Virus record (IMG/VR): IMGVR_UViG_2706795722_000001
Location: 12,965-76,964 of that record
Source: a virus
Lineage: Duplodnaviria > Caudoviricetes
Direction: 5' to 3' (one strand)
DNA: 64,000 nt
How positions within the stretch are numbered: position 1 is the first letter of the stretch; every line of letters begins with the position of its first letter. The position numbers and the translations under genes were made by a program. Below the pieces are notes generated by a model. That model searched no databases. It was not told the origin of the DNA and was given only the letters and a program-made list of their open reading frames with translations. Below are positions 27,551 to 36,470 of this stretch, piece after piece.

Positions 27551-27805
27551 CTAGTTGTTCTCGTTGTTGGGGATGGTGATGACTTCGTTGTGGATGATCT
27601 TGCTGAGTGAGATCTTGACCTCGCCTGTCTCGCCGGCCAGGTTGAAGATGACCTCCTCGAGGGAGGCCTCGCCTGCGCGGTACATATCCAGGTCGAGGTT
27701 AACCGCATCCTGGATGGTTGCGACCCCGCTGGGGCAGTCGTCGGTCTTGTAGTTGTCGAGATTGACCTCGGCGTCGAGAATCTCGACCTCGAAGTAGAGG
27801 CGCAT
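27551..27805 (-). CDS. Acidic small protein (84 aa)
   Basis: MRLYFEVEILDAEV... begins at the ATG overlapping the MazG stop, in the frame of track ORF 27551..28240. Confidence 0.7.
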   Translation of the reverse strand: MRLYFEVEILDAEVNLDNYKTDDCPSGVATIQDAVNLDLDMYRAGEASLEEVIFNLAGETGEVKISLSKIIHNEVITIPNNENN

Positions 27806-28290
27806 CACAAGGCCTTTCCGTGCAGCCTGGGGCGCGTGGCGTTGTACCTGTACTTGAAGATGTACGCCTCGGCGAGCGACATGCCCCGGCTCTCCGCCGA
27901 GTCCGCGATGCGAATGATGGTGTCCACGAACTCTGCCGTGGCACCCTCTGCCTTGCGAATGGTCTCGCCGTCCTCCTCGTACGGGTCGATGTGCATCTGA
28001 TCGTCCTTCTTGGAACGGAACCAGAGCTTCGGCTCGCGGGCGCGATGCGACTCGAGCGCCTCGGACACCTCGGAATGGATGAGGGCGATCTCCTCGGGGA
28101 AGCCGCGGTCGGAGTCGTGGAACCCCTTGGTCTCGATCATGCGGTGGACGCTCGCCTGCATGAGGTCGAGTGCGCTGGCAACGAGGCCCTCGCCCTCCTC
28201 GGTCAGGGCCCCGGTCTCCTTGTCGAACATGTGCCGCCACTCGGGACCGTTGATCAGGGGATCACTCTGCTGCTCGGTGGGGTACGTCAT
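27805..28290 (-). CDS. MazG-like nucleotide pyrophosphohydrolase (161 aa)
   Basis: EEIALIHSEVSEALE...EFVDTIIR ExxE...ExxD motif. Confidence 0.8.
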   Translation of the reverse strand: MTYPTEQQSDPLINGPEWRHMFDKETGALTEEGEGLVASALDLMQASVHRMIETKGFHDSDRGFPEEIALIHSEVSEALESHRAREPKLWFRSKKDDQMHIDPYEEDGETIRKAEGATAEFVDTIIRIADSAESRGMSLAEAYIFKYRYNATRPRLHGKAL

Positions 28291-28493
28291 TTTGTAACCA
28301 ACTTTCCATTCTTGTCGACCTCCACAACGAAGGGTCGATCCTTTGCGTAGCGATTAACGGTCACCAGGAAGTACTTGCCGTCCTTGTGTGCCCAGTACTC
28401 ACTGTTCTTCGGGGCGTCGGCGATGTATGCGAGTCCAGCTTGCGCGCACACACCGACGCCAGGGATTGGCTTGGGAATGCTTCTTTTCCTCAT
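28287..28493 (-). CDS. Hypothetical protein (68 aa)
   Basis: ATG at 28493. ATGA overlaps with both neighbours. Confidence 0.6.
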   Translation of the reverse strand: MRKRSIPKPIPGVGVCAQAGLAYIADAPKNSEYWAHKDGKYFLVTVNRYAKDRPFVVEVDKNGKLVTK

Positions 28494-29077
28494 GGCGTCC
28501 ACTCGTTGTCTTGTATGTCCTGTCCACCAAGTTCTCGCTTCAGCATCTCCTGCCATGCGTACAGTCCCTCCGGAGAAAAGAAGCTGTCGTTGTCGCAGAT
28601 GGCTGTTTCGAGTGTGGTAAACCCTTCGATACTGTGACGAACCTCGATCACCACGAACGGAAGAGTGCTCTCCCGCTGTGGTCCATAGAGCCGGGATTCG
28701 GTGCGGATCACGTCGCGGTCGTTGCCGAATGCTGCCCCCTGTAGCGCATCCTCCGTTCCCTTTTGCATATTGGTAACGTCGGCCCAATTGCGAGTTAAAG
28801 TTCGACCACTCGCAATCTTTGTCGCCGTGAGCTGACGACTGAATGTGAACCTGACACTGTAGTACGGCCCCGGCAGGTCGGTAAGGTCGGTCAGCACAAC
28901 CTCGGCCCGGATGGCGTCCTGGTACATCTTGAGTACCTTATTCGGGGACACCTTCGGAAAGCGTTTCTTGCCTGCCGGGACGATCTGAATATTGCCCATA
29001 GCCCAAGGCTCGGGATTCAGCGGAAAAGCAGCCGCAACGACATTAGGGTACGCCACAGCAGACTCCTTCCATTCCAT
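28490..29077 (-). CDS. rusA: RusA-like Holliday junction resolvase
   Basis: ADVTNMQKGTEDALQG..FGNDRDV matches the RusA D..N..K...D.L.....ND..V pattern. The start may be the downstream GTG. Confidence 0.75.
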   Translation of the reverse strand: MEWKESAVAYPNVVAAAFPLNPEPWAMGNIQIVPAGKKRFPKVSPNKVLKMYQDAIRAEVVLTDLTDLPGPYYSVRFTFSRQLTATKIASGRTLTRNWADVTNMQKGTEDALQGAAFGNDRDVIRTESRLYGPQRESTLPFVVIEVRHSIEGFTTLETAICDNDSFFSPEGLYAWQEMLKRELGGQDIQDNEWTP

Positions 29078-29170
29078 TCCTGTCGAGCCAGGTGTCGCGA
29101 GTATCCAACCGGGTACTCATCCGGCATGGATCGAGCGATCTCGCGACCTCGTGCGCTGATCCAGTGGTCC

Positions 29171-29545
29171 CTACCCGACACGAGTATCTCCGTACTCGGT
29201 ACGGATGAGGCTTGAGTCCGACTCGACTCGCCACACCCTGTAGTTGAGGAACTCGGCGAGGTCGAGCTCGCGCATCGCACCGCGTGAGCCTCGCCAGCCA
29301 GGAAGGAGGACCAGGTCGGTGCATTCGAGCATCTCCTTGAGGTCGGCCTTGACGTACTCCTCGTACGGGAGGCTGCCGGGCTCGCCGGGGAGCGAGCGGG
29401 CGATCTCGGCGGGCGAGACGACCGTGTACCCCCTGTTGCGCAGCTCGGCTGCAAAGAAGTCGAAGGTCTTGAAGTTGTGACCCTCGATCCCCGTCATCGG
29501 GCCTGCAAGGTAATACTTGCGAAGCGTGTCAAGACCCATCTTCAT
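29171..29545 (-). CDS. DUF4406 / nucleoside 2-deoxyribosyltransferase-like protein
   Basis: YYLAGPMTG...SPAE...DL..MLEC..LVLLPGW..SRGA..E motif. Confidence 0.75.
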   Translation of the reverse strand: MKMGLDTLRKYYLAGPMTGIEGHNFKTFDFFAAELRNRGYTVVSPAEIARSLPGEPGSLPYEEYVKADLKEMLECTDLVLLPGWRGSRGAMRELDLAEFLNYRVWRVESDSSLIRTEYGDTRVG

Positions 29546-30671
29546 CTCCTCTGCTCTTGGCGATTTCGGCTCGAGGCATGACGACTCCTTCGTAACCGTC
29601 ATCCCCGAGGAACTTGACCATCGAGACGGTCTTCTCGGGATTGTACTCCATGACGAGCTCCCTGCCGGGAGCCTTGGTGATGATGTCCGTGAAGTACTCC
29701 ACCGAGAACATGAACTTCACGATGTCGTGATCGCCACCCGAGATCAGGAGAATGGTCTCCTCGATCTCTTCCGCCGAGTCGCGATCCTTGACCGACAGCG
29801 TCATGCTCTCGCCGCCGATGTAGACGTCGAGGCCGATCTGTCGATCCGAGGCGCCGATCTTGGACACTCGGCTGAGTGTCGAGATTACGTCCTCCTTGGA
29901 GAAGGAGATCGCTGCAGGCATCTCCTTTTCCATGATCCTGTTCACCGGATCGAACCGGGGCTCGAACAGGCTGCACTTAATGAAGATGTCTTCGGTGGGC
30001 GCGATGACGAGGTTGTCGCCAATCACTCCCATCTGAATTTCCTCGAGCGAACGAAGCACCGGGCCGATGAGCTGGTACGGAAGAACGATGTTGTTTCGTC
30101 CGTCAGCGAACTTGAACTCGTTCGGAACGCGCACCAACGTCTTACCGTTCGTGGCGCACAGGTGGCCTTCGTCCATGTAGACCCCACACCTGGGCGGCAG
30201 ACCGTCCGACGAAGTGGACCATCCGACCAGGTCGAGGCGGGTGCCGAAGCCCTTGAGATTGAACATACCCTCAGGCTCAAACATGAACTGATCGGGATCG
30301 GGATAGTCACCCGACTTGATCAGCGGAGTGGTGGCCTTCATTCGCCCGCTGGTGATGCGAATCTTGCCGCCCTCCTCCTTGAGCTTGACCGACCCCGACG
30401 CCGCGAGGTTCGAGACGATACCGTGAGTCGAGTTGGAAGCGACACGCCAGCTTGTGGCTACCGGCACCTCGAGCTCGTTGGGGTAGAGGTACTCGGTGTA
30501 GAAGACCTCGCCGTTCGTAACCCGAAGGGTCACATACTCCTCGCCGGGGTACAGGTCGATGATAAAGCCCTTGAACTTGTCGAGCTCGCGACCGCGAGTG
30601 GGTGCGATGATGTTCGCTCGCTTCACGGCGTCAGCGAGCGCTGCGTTGTTGAACTCGACCGTTGCGGCCAT
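29529..30671 (-). CDS. dnaN: DNA polymerase III beta sliding clamp (380 aa)
   Basis: Length, three-domain repeat pattern, motifs such as G.YPDP, LCATNG..L and the terminal GVVMPR. Confidence 0.8.
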   Translation of the reverse strand: MAATVEFNNAALADAVKRANIIAPTRGRELDKFKGFIIDLYPGEEYVTLRVTNGEVFYTEYLYPNELEVPVATSWRVASNSTHGIVSNLAASGSVKLKEEGGKIRITSGRMKATTPLIKSGDYPDPDQFMFEPEGMFNLKGFGTRLDLVGWSTSSDGLPPRCGVYMDEGHLCATNGKTLVRVPNEFKFADGRNNIVLPYQLIGPVLRSLEEIQMGVIGDNLVIAPTEDIFIKCSLFEPRFDPVNRIMEKEMPAAISFSKEDVISTLSRVSKIGASDRQIGLDVYIGGESMTLSVKDRDSAEEIEETILLISGGDHDIVKFMFSVEYFTDIITKAPGRELVMEYNPEKTVSMVKFLGDDGYEGVVMPRAEIAKSRGDEDGS

Positions 30672-30690
30672 GCTCTACCTCCCTTCCGGT

Positions 30691-31308
30691 TCAGAGGTCG
30701 GCGACCGAAGCCGCCGGGCGGTGGACCCAGGTGTCGAGGCGACGCTCCAGGTCGATGGAGTGCCGGATGTCCTCGAGGACTCGGTGATCCTGAGCCCCCT
30801 CGGGGCTCTCGTACTTGGTGGGGTCGTTGTCGATCTTCTTCCAGAGCGACGGGTACTTGGCCTTGATGCGCTCCATGTCGGAGCTCGAGTCCACGATCCG
30901 GTAGTGGAAGAACTCGTTGAGGTTGGGCATCTTCTGCTCGAGGAACTTGCGATCGAAGTGCACCGAGCTGCCCCACACCGGGAGCCGCTTCGCGCCCCAG
31001 GCCTTGACGATCTCCAGGATTGACGCCTCGGCCTCGCTGTAGAAGCGGGGCATGACGCCGGTTTCCTCGAGCGAGCGCAGCTCGGGGAGCAGGCCGGACT
31101 TGGTGTGCATCTTCACGATGAACTCGCTGAGGTCGTTCAGCTTGAGGCGCGCCTGGATTTGCGGGGTCCAGATGACCGCCGAGTGCTCCTCGACGATCGT
31201 CCAGGTGTCGGTGTTGACTCGGGCGATGCCGAGCTCGATGATCTCCTCGGCCACCGGCGACAGGCCGGTCGTTTCGAGGTCGATGAATACCGCTTCGTTG
31301 GGGTTCAC
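30691..31308 (-). CDS. orn: Oligoribonuclease-like DEDDh exonuclease (205 aa)
   Basis: FIDLETTGL...MHTKSGLL...GSSVHFDRKFLEQKMPNLNEFFHYRIVD...HRVLEDI closely follows Orn motifs. Confidence 0.8.
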   Translation of the reverse strand: MNPNEAVFIDLETTGLSPVAEEIIELGIARVNTDTWTIVEEHSAVIWTPQIQARLKLNDLSEFIVKMHTKSGLLPELRSLEETGVMPRFYSEAEASILEIVKAWGAKRLPVWGSSVHFDRKFLEQKMPNLNEFFHYRIVDSSSDMERIKAKYPSLWKKIDNDPTKYESPEGAQDHRVLEDIRHSIDLERRLDTWVHRPAASVADL

Positions 31309-31490
31309 TTGGTCGACTCCTTGATGTAGTTGGTGACATCCGACTTAGGGATGAGCCATCCCTTTCCTGGGCGGGTCGCGTTGGGGAACTTGCCCGCCCG
31401 AACCAGCTCGCGCACGGTTGCCGGTTCCACGAGCAGCATGTCAGACACCTGCTTGGTGTTGAGCATCTTCTGCTCAGGTGCAACGTTCAC
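31305..31490 (-). CDS. MerR/excisionase-type HTH DNA-binding protein (61 aa)
   Basis: MLNTKQVSDMLLVEPATVRELVRAGKFP...GKGWLIP. Confidence 0.8.
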   Translation of the reverse strand: MNVAPEQKMLNTKQVSDMLLVEPATVRELVRAGKFPNATRPGKGWLIPKSDVTNYIKESTK

Positions 31491-31749
31491 GGTGACTCTC
31501 CTTTCCGTAATACTTGTCTATCCGCATGGACTCGAGCATGAGATCCATAAGCGTCCAATAGACTCTGTTTTGACAGCCCTCACATATGTGACGACTTCTG
31601 AGTTCAAGCGGTGCGTTCTTGTACTGACTGTCCCATTCGATCTGATACCTGAATGTTGCATCCTCTAGAGATACTGGAATCAGGTTGGCGTGCTTATCGT
31701 TCGGAAACTCGCAGCGCTTGCGTGTATTCACGCAGCCTGTAGCCTTCAT
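31474..31749 (-). CDS. Hypothetical Cys-containing protein (91 aa)
   Basis: Tiles between the helicase and HTH genes. Confidence 0.55.
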   Translation of the reverse strand: MKATGCVNTRKRCEFPNDKHANLIPVSLEDATFRYQIEWDSQYKNAPLELRSRHICEGCQNRVYWTLMDLMLESMRIDKYYGKESHRERCT

Positions 31750-31755
31750 GCTGCA

Positions 31756-33306
31756 TCACAGAGTCCCTTCGAGGGCGTCCTTGATCTTGTCCATGAAGGA
31801 CTCGGTCTGGCCATCGGTTGCGCCACCCCTGATCACCGCATCGAACGAGAACTTCTTGTCCTTGATGATCTGCTCGACACGGTATTCCGCCGAGTTCTTC
31901 ACCATGTACTCGAAAACCTGGATCGACGGATGATGCTCGGACCCAACACGACGAAGGCGACCGATGCCCTGATCGTTGAGCGCAGGGCTGAACTCCTTGT
32001 CGATGAACTGGCAGTGGTTGGCTGCCACCATATTGAGGCCGACTCCCATTGCCTTGATGATTCCGATAATCACGCCAGGCTCTTTATCAGCGGACCACTC
32101 CTTGACGATGCCCTGTCGCTTGTCCTTGTTGATGTTGCCGTGAATCTCGGAAACCTTTGTGCCCGGTCGCGCCTCCTCGAGCCTGCGCTTGTACGCCTCG
32201 ATGATCGGACGAAACTGTGTGAAGACGATCAGCTTGTGGCCGTTGTCGAGAATCTCGCAGGCATCCTCAATGGCGAGGTCGAGCTTGGGCGACTCGTCCC
32301 AGCCGGGGACTAGCGTGCAGGTGGACGAACAGATCTGACGGAAGCGCAACTGGCGAACCATCGGCCACTCGAGGCTCTCGTCCTCCTCGTCCGTGAGGGA
32401 GGGGATGAACTTCTGCAGCCGGTGCTCAGTGGCAAGGTGGTTGTACATCTCGCGCGGCTTGCCGGTGAGCGAAACCATACGCTTGATGATGTTGATCTCG
32501 GGCAGGTCAATCACGTTGTCGATCTCGCGGCGAAGCATGACCTGTCCGAGGCGGGCGTTGAGCTGGCGCTCGTTCTTGACAGCCGTAACCTGCTTGCCGT
32601 TGAAGCCGCCGAGAACGCAGTACTTCGCCTTGAATCCAGCGAACGTCCCCCACTGGCCGGGGGTAACGAAATCGAGGAGTGTCCACAGGTCGTCAACCTG
32701 CCCTGTCATTGGCGTTCCGCTCATCGCCAGCGTACGATCACGGGTGATCTGGGTAATGTTCTTGTACGCGAGCGTGTTGCGGTTCTTGATGACATGAGCC
32801 TCGTCGGCTACGAGCATGTCGATGCCCTGCTTGCCACCCTTCAGCATGTTGATCTGCTGAATGTGATCGCCCAAGATCTCGTAGTTGATGACGAGAATCT
32901 TGTGGTTGTCGATCTTCTTGAACTCCTCGATCTGCTTGAAACGCTCAACAACACTGTTGCCGGTCGCTACACAGTAGTCGAAGTGTGTGAACTTCTCGAT
33001 CTCATCCAGCCAGTTCATGCGCAGGGACGCGGGCACGACAGCGACCATGATGCAGCGCGCCTCGGGGTCCTTCTTGACGCTCGTCCAGACGTGCATCCCG
33101 AAGTTGAACAACGCCTGGATCGTCTTGCCGAGGCCCATCTCATCGGCGAGGATTGCGCCCTTCTTGTTCTTGAGCCACTTCACACCCTCTTCCTGATAAG
33201 GCTTGAGGATGATCTCCCGACGAATCCAGTAGTCGAGCGAGCCGCGCCCCTTACTAGGGTCGTAGGAGGTGAGGGACGTAGGCGCTACGGCGACCGGTGC
33301 GCTCAT
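31756..33306 (-). CDS. SNF2-family (SF2) helicase
   Basis: LADEMGLGKT (Walker A), VADEAH (DEAH), AMSGTP, QGIGRLRR. Start set at the ATG (MSAPVA) after GGAGG. Confidence 0.9.
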   Translation of the reverse strand: MSAPVAVAPTSLTSYDPSKGRGSLDYWIRREIILKPYQEEGVKWLKNKKGAILADEMGLGKTIQALFNFGMHVWTSVKKDPEARCIMVAVVPASLRMNWLDEIEKFTHFDYCVATGNSVVERFKQIEEFKKIDNHKILVINYEILGDHIQQINMLKGGKQGIDMLVADEAHVIKNRNTLAYKNITQITRDRTLAMSGTPMTGQVDDLWTLLDFVTPGQWGTFAGFKAKYCVLGGFNGKQVTAVKNERQLNARLGQVMLRREIDNVIDLPEINIIKRMVSLTGKPREMYNHLATEHRLQKFIPSLTDEEDESLEWPMVRQLRFRQICSSTCTLVPGWDESPKLDLAIEDACEILDNGHKLIVFTQFRPIIEAYKRRLEEARPGTKVSEIHGNINKDKRQGIVKEWSADKEPGVIIGIIKAMGVGLNMVAANHCQFIDKEFSPALNDQGIGRLRRVGSEHHPSIQVFEYMVKNSAEYRVEQIIKDKKFSFDAVIRGGATDGQTESFMDKIKDALEGTL

Positions 33307-33535
33307 CTTCGACCTCCCATAGGATTGCTTCGTATTCGTCTCGCGTGCCGCGAACGCGACCTTCGATGTAGTCAACTGGCGTCTTGAACGTGCGCTCGAC
33401 CCAGTCGATGTAATCGACCGCTTCCTGAGCAGTGTTAGGTACAGAGCATCGGTGAAGTTCTTCGATGCTTGGTTCCCGGTAAACGAAAGCGTCGTAGCGC
33501 TTAGTGGGGTCTTGGTCTCGAACAAATCGCTTCAC
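33254..33535 (-). CDS. Hypothetical protein (93 aa)
   Basis: GTGA overlap with the upstream stop. GC3 bias. Confidence 0.55.
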   Translation of the reverse strand: MKRFVRDQDPTKRYDAFVYREPSIEELHRCSVPNTAQEAVDYIDWVERTFKTPVDYIEGRVRGTRDEYEAILWEVEDERTGRRSAYVPHLLRP

Positions 33536-34050
33536 CCCCACTTCTCCTTGTGCTGGCAGCCCGGGCAGCCGTCGTGCTTCTCTTTGGTCTCGATGTAATC
33601 GGCGAGCGAAGCGTACTTCCTGCTACACCCCACGCAGACGTGAGGCTCGGAAAGCCTCGGGTCGGGAGCCTCGACTACCGGATCGAAGTGAGGCTGAGTG
33701 GAGTCCGTAGGCCCGGTGTAAGGCTTGTTGTCAGCCTCCGCTTCGTCCACCAGGCCGAGTGCTTCTTCGTACGTCTTGCCGTCTACCATGAGACCTCGAC
33801 GATAGATGCGAGAGCCGACACCGATGCCGATGAGCTGGTGTGCGTATGGCGTAACGCCGATCTCTTCGATCAGCTTGAGTACATAGCTCAACTGATCGGG
33901 ACGCAGTTCGTCAATGAACTGCGCGAACGCCGACAGGTCGGCGTTGTAGTTCTGCTCCTTCTCGCGCTGAGCTTCCTCGTAACGCTTCTGCTGAAACGCC
34001 TGGAACTCAACGGCTTCCCGAGCGAACTCGGGGACTTCATCGTCGGGCAT
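33532..34050 (-). CDS. Hypothetical protein with C-terminal Zn finger (172 aa)
   Basis: CVGC and CPGC motifs. GAGGAAGGA RBS. Confidence 0.75.
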   Translation of the reverse strand: MPDDEVPEFAREAVEFQAFQQKRYEEAQREKEQNYNADLSAFAQFIDELRPDQLSYVLKLIEEIGVTPYAHQLIGIGVGSRIYRRGLMVDGKTYEEALGLVDEAEADNKPYTGPTDSTQPHFDPVVEAPDPRLSEPHVCVGCSRKYASLADYIETKEKHDGCPGCQHKEKWG

Positions 34051-34081
34051 GAAGGATTCCTTCCTCTTAGGGTCACAGGAA

Positions 34082-34110
34082 AGGGGGAGGCGTTTCCAGC
34101 GCCTCCCCCT
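34082..34110 (-). terminator. Perfect 11-bp GC-rich hairpin
   Basis: AGGGGGAGGCG-TTTCCAG-CGCCTCCCCCT, with a short U-tract on the minus strand. Confidence 0.6.
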
Positions 34111-34199
34111 AACCCCTGTATCCTCATAATGTCAGCCGCGCGGGATTGCGCCAGACTCTCGAGTGCGGTAGGGTCTCGATTACCTGTGGGGAAGACTGA

Positions 34200-34355
34200 C
34201 TAGAGGGGCTTAATTATCTCCGCGCCGCAGAGACACTCTATCGCGTTGTACGGCTCTTTGTAGGTCCAGCCTTCATGACCTTCGTGCTCCGTGCCACGCA
34301 CGGCTTCCGCGAAGACGACGTCAAGCTGGCCCGCCGTCTTTGTCGATGCGCTCAT
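34200..34355 (-). CDS. Small hypothetical protein (51 aa, not in track)
   Basis: MSASTKTAGQLDVVFAEAVRGTEHEGHEGWTYKEPYNAIECLCGAEIIKPL*. TGATG overlap with the SSB-like stop. Confidence 0.55.
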   Translation of the reverse strand: MSASTKTAGQLDVVFAEAVRGTEHEGHEGWTYKEPYNAIECLCGAEIIKPL

Positions 34356-35389
34356 CAGAACGGAGGCTCTTCGTCATCGTCGATCTGGACCGTGCCCGCA
34401 GCGGGAGCCGTGGGCTTCTTGACCTTGCCGACTGTCGAGATGACCTGCTCCTCGGGCTCCGGTTCGGGCTTGGGCTGGCGCGAGGGGGCCGGGGGCGGCG
34501 TCGGGGCAGCCGGGGTGTCGACCACCTCGGCGTCGATGGTGTTGCCCTCGATGTCGCCGTCCGGAACCTGGTCGGCCTCCGACAGGCCCGCGTTCTCGTC
34601 GTCCTCCTTGGGCATCGGAAGCTGATCGAGGAAGGTGCGCGCCGACTTGAAGGAGTCGAAGTAGTCCTGCCAGGCGTCGGGGTCGGTCTTGGCGACCTTC
34701 TTGAACTTCGGCGTGCAGTACTTCACCATGCCGCGCTTGTTGACCTCGAGCTCGAGCTGCGTGGCGACCGTGAAGATCGGCGTCTTCTTGGTAGCGAACG
34801 GAGTCACGTACTGACGGGCGGGCTTGATGCCCGAGCGCCGGATCGTGAACAGGGCCGGAATCCAGCTCTCCGAGTCCTCGGGGTCCTGGTACAGGAGGGG
34901 GAACGTCCACTCCTCCGAGCACCACGGACGCTTGCCGGTCGGGTCGGTGTTCCACTCCTTGAAGTGGCAGGACTTGCACGGCAGGCTGGGCATCGAGAGG
35001 AGGTTCTCGCCGACCGAGATGGGAGCCATGTCACTCGGCTTGAAGACCGACTGAGCATCCCAGGGAAACTGCTTCGCAGTGGGCAGCTCGGAGTCGATGT
35101 TCGGGAAGCCGTCGCGGGTGTTCGGCGACTTGCAGAGCGGAGCGTCCGCGTCCGCACCCTCGTTGACCTCGCCCCACATGATGCGGGACTTGTGGAGGCC
35201 GAGGAGGACGACCGTCAGCTCGGGGAACAGCTCGTCGGTCTGGCTGTTCTTGAACATGCCCTCGGCGTGGTCGATCGAGAGGCGCGGCATCGTGAGGTCG
35301 CTCGAGTCGAAATCCTCGAGGCCGGTTTCCGTGTTGTCCCACGGAGCGACCTCGGTGCCCGTCGCCTCGCTGGGCTGAAGAGAAGTCAT
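34355..35389 (-). CDS. ssDNA-binding / recombination-type protein with Zn motif and acidic tail (344 aa)
   Basis: C..C..C+KSC..C cysteines, Pro-rich linker, C-terminal DDDEEPPF resembling SSB C-terminal tails. Lies in the replication cluster. Confidence 0.6.
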   Translation of the reverse strand: MTSLQPSEATGTEVAPWDNTETGLEDFDSSDLTMPRLSIDHAEGMFKNSQTDELFPELTVVLLGLHKSRIMWGEVNEGADADAPLCKSPNTRDGFPNIDSELPTAKQFPWDAQSVFKPSDMAPISVGENLLSMPSLPCKSCHFKEWNTDPTGKRPWCSEEWTFPLLYQDPEDSESWIPALFTIRRSGIKPARQYVTPFATKKTPIFTVATQLELEVNKRGMVKYCTPKFKKVAKTDPDAWQDYFDSFKSARTFLDQLPMPKEDDENAGLSEADQVPDGDIEGNTIDAEVVDTPAAPTPPPAPSRQPKPEPEPEEQVISTVGKVKKPTAPAAGTVQIDDDEEPPF

Positions 35390-35479
35390 GTCTGTTTGCT
35401 CGTTTCTGTAGGTCTCGGCTGTTTTGGCTGTCTCGCATGTTTCGTAGTTTTGCGTGTTCGTATCCCTACGAACTCATAC

Positions 35480-35508
35480 ATATTACCACACATACCGATG
35501 TTTGTCAA
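35480..35508 (-). promoter_or_regulatory. Sigma-A promoter, TGTGG class
   Basis: Minus strand TTGACA-17 nt (ending TGTGG)-TAATAT. Confidence 0.8.
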
Positions 35509-35834
35509 ACCCGACGCTTGCCGGGCGCTTTGTTCTTTAGCGACACCCGCCTCTGCTCAGTGAACCGGATACCCTTGTAGCGCATCCAGAGCTTGAAGGA
35601 GGTTTCCGACACGCGCCACACAGGCTTCATCTCGGGTGTCGCGATATTGATTGCTATCAGGCGGCCTCTGCGCGACCCGACCGACCTGCCGTGGAAGAAC
35701 AGGAACTCGTCTTCGAGCGACTTCTTGCTGATGTCGAGCATAAGCGCGATCTGATCGACCGTGAACATGAACTCCCTGGCCGGAAGGTTCACCTCCGAGT
35801 CGATCTCGTCTTCAGAGAAGCTGTTGCTGGACAT
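35505..35834 (-). CDS. HTH-type DNA-binding protein (109 aa)
   Basis: FTVDQIALMLDISKKSL...WRVSE..FKLWM resembles excisionase-like HTH. Confidence 0.6.
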   Translation of the reverse strand: MSSNSFSEDEIDSEVNLPAREFMFTVDQIALMLDISKKSLEDEFLFFHGRSVGSRRGRLIAINIATPEMKPVWRVSETSFKLWMRYKGIRFTEQRRVSLKNKAPGKRRV

Positions 35835-36168
35835 ACACAGACCCTGTCCGGATGTGCGCGAAGTGTCGCGAGCGTACCGGAGGCATGTTGACTCCACTGT
35901 TCGACACCGGGAAGAGCTCGCAGTTGCAGAACGTGTACAGCAGCTCTGCCAACCAGGGGGAGACGTTGAGCCCATAGCGGGGCGCGCCACCACTCTTGAC
36001 GGAAGCGTCCGACTCGTCGTAGAAGGTGTCCATCATTTCCTTGAGGTACTCGGGCGAACTTGCCGAGCGCGAGTGGTCCTGAAACCTCACGTACACGTAC
36101 TTGCAGTCGCCGAACTGCTCGAAGCCGGTCCAGACAATGTTGTCAGGCTTCGTCGGCAGCGCAACCAT
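35812..36168 (-). CDS. Hypothetical protein (118 aa)
   Basis: GGAGG RBS. TAATG-type overlap. Confidence 0.6.
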   Translation of the reverse strand: MVALPTKPDNIVWTGFEQFGDCKYVYVRFQDHSRSASSPEYLKEMMDTFYDESDASVKSGGAPRYGLNVSPWLAELLYTFCNCELFPVSNSGVNMPPVRSRHFAHIRTGSVYVQQQLL

Positions 36169-36470
36169 TAGCGCACCTCCTTGTAAACCTGCTCGGCGTC
36201 GTGGACGGTGGCCGCGAACGTCAGCGTACGAGTCGACGGGCTCGTCTCCACGACGCTCCAGTAGAACTTCTCGTCGGAGCCGAGGAACACCTTGCGCGCG
36301 TCCTGGATCGCGCGCGTCGAGGTCTCCTGTGCGTAGCTGCGCACCTGTGCATTCCCGGCCTTGTCCACCAGAACCCAGTACCACAGACTCGGCTTGGTGT
36401 TGGGGATCGCGAGGCTGCCCTTCGTGATCCTGATGTAGCGGAGCCTCCCGTGCCCCTTGTGTCCGTTCAT
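36168..36470 (-). CDS. Hypothetical protein (100 aa)
   Basis: ATGA overlap, RBS, GC3 bias. Confidence 0.65.
   Translation of the reverse strand: MNGHKGHGRLRYIRITKGSLAIPNTKPSLWYWVLVDKAGNAQVRSYAQETSTRAIQDARKVFLGSDEKFYWSVVETSPSTRTLTFAATVHDAEQVYKEVR

Noticed and set aside
31305-31490. Excisionase-like HTH as evidence of a temperate integration module
   Set aside because: No integrase or att-like site recognised in the window. This HTH type is common in lytic actinophages.
34131-34200. tRNA gene (71-nt element with a 7-bp closing stem)
   Set aside because: No D-arm or T-arm pairing and no TTC loop. Kept only as a low-interest structured element.
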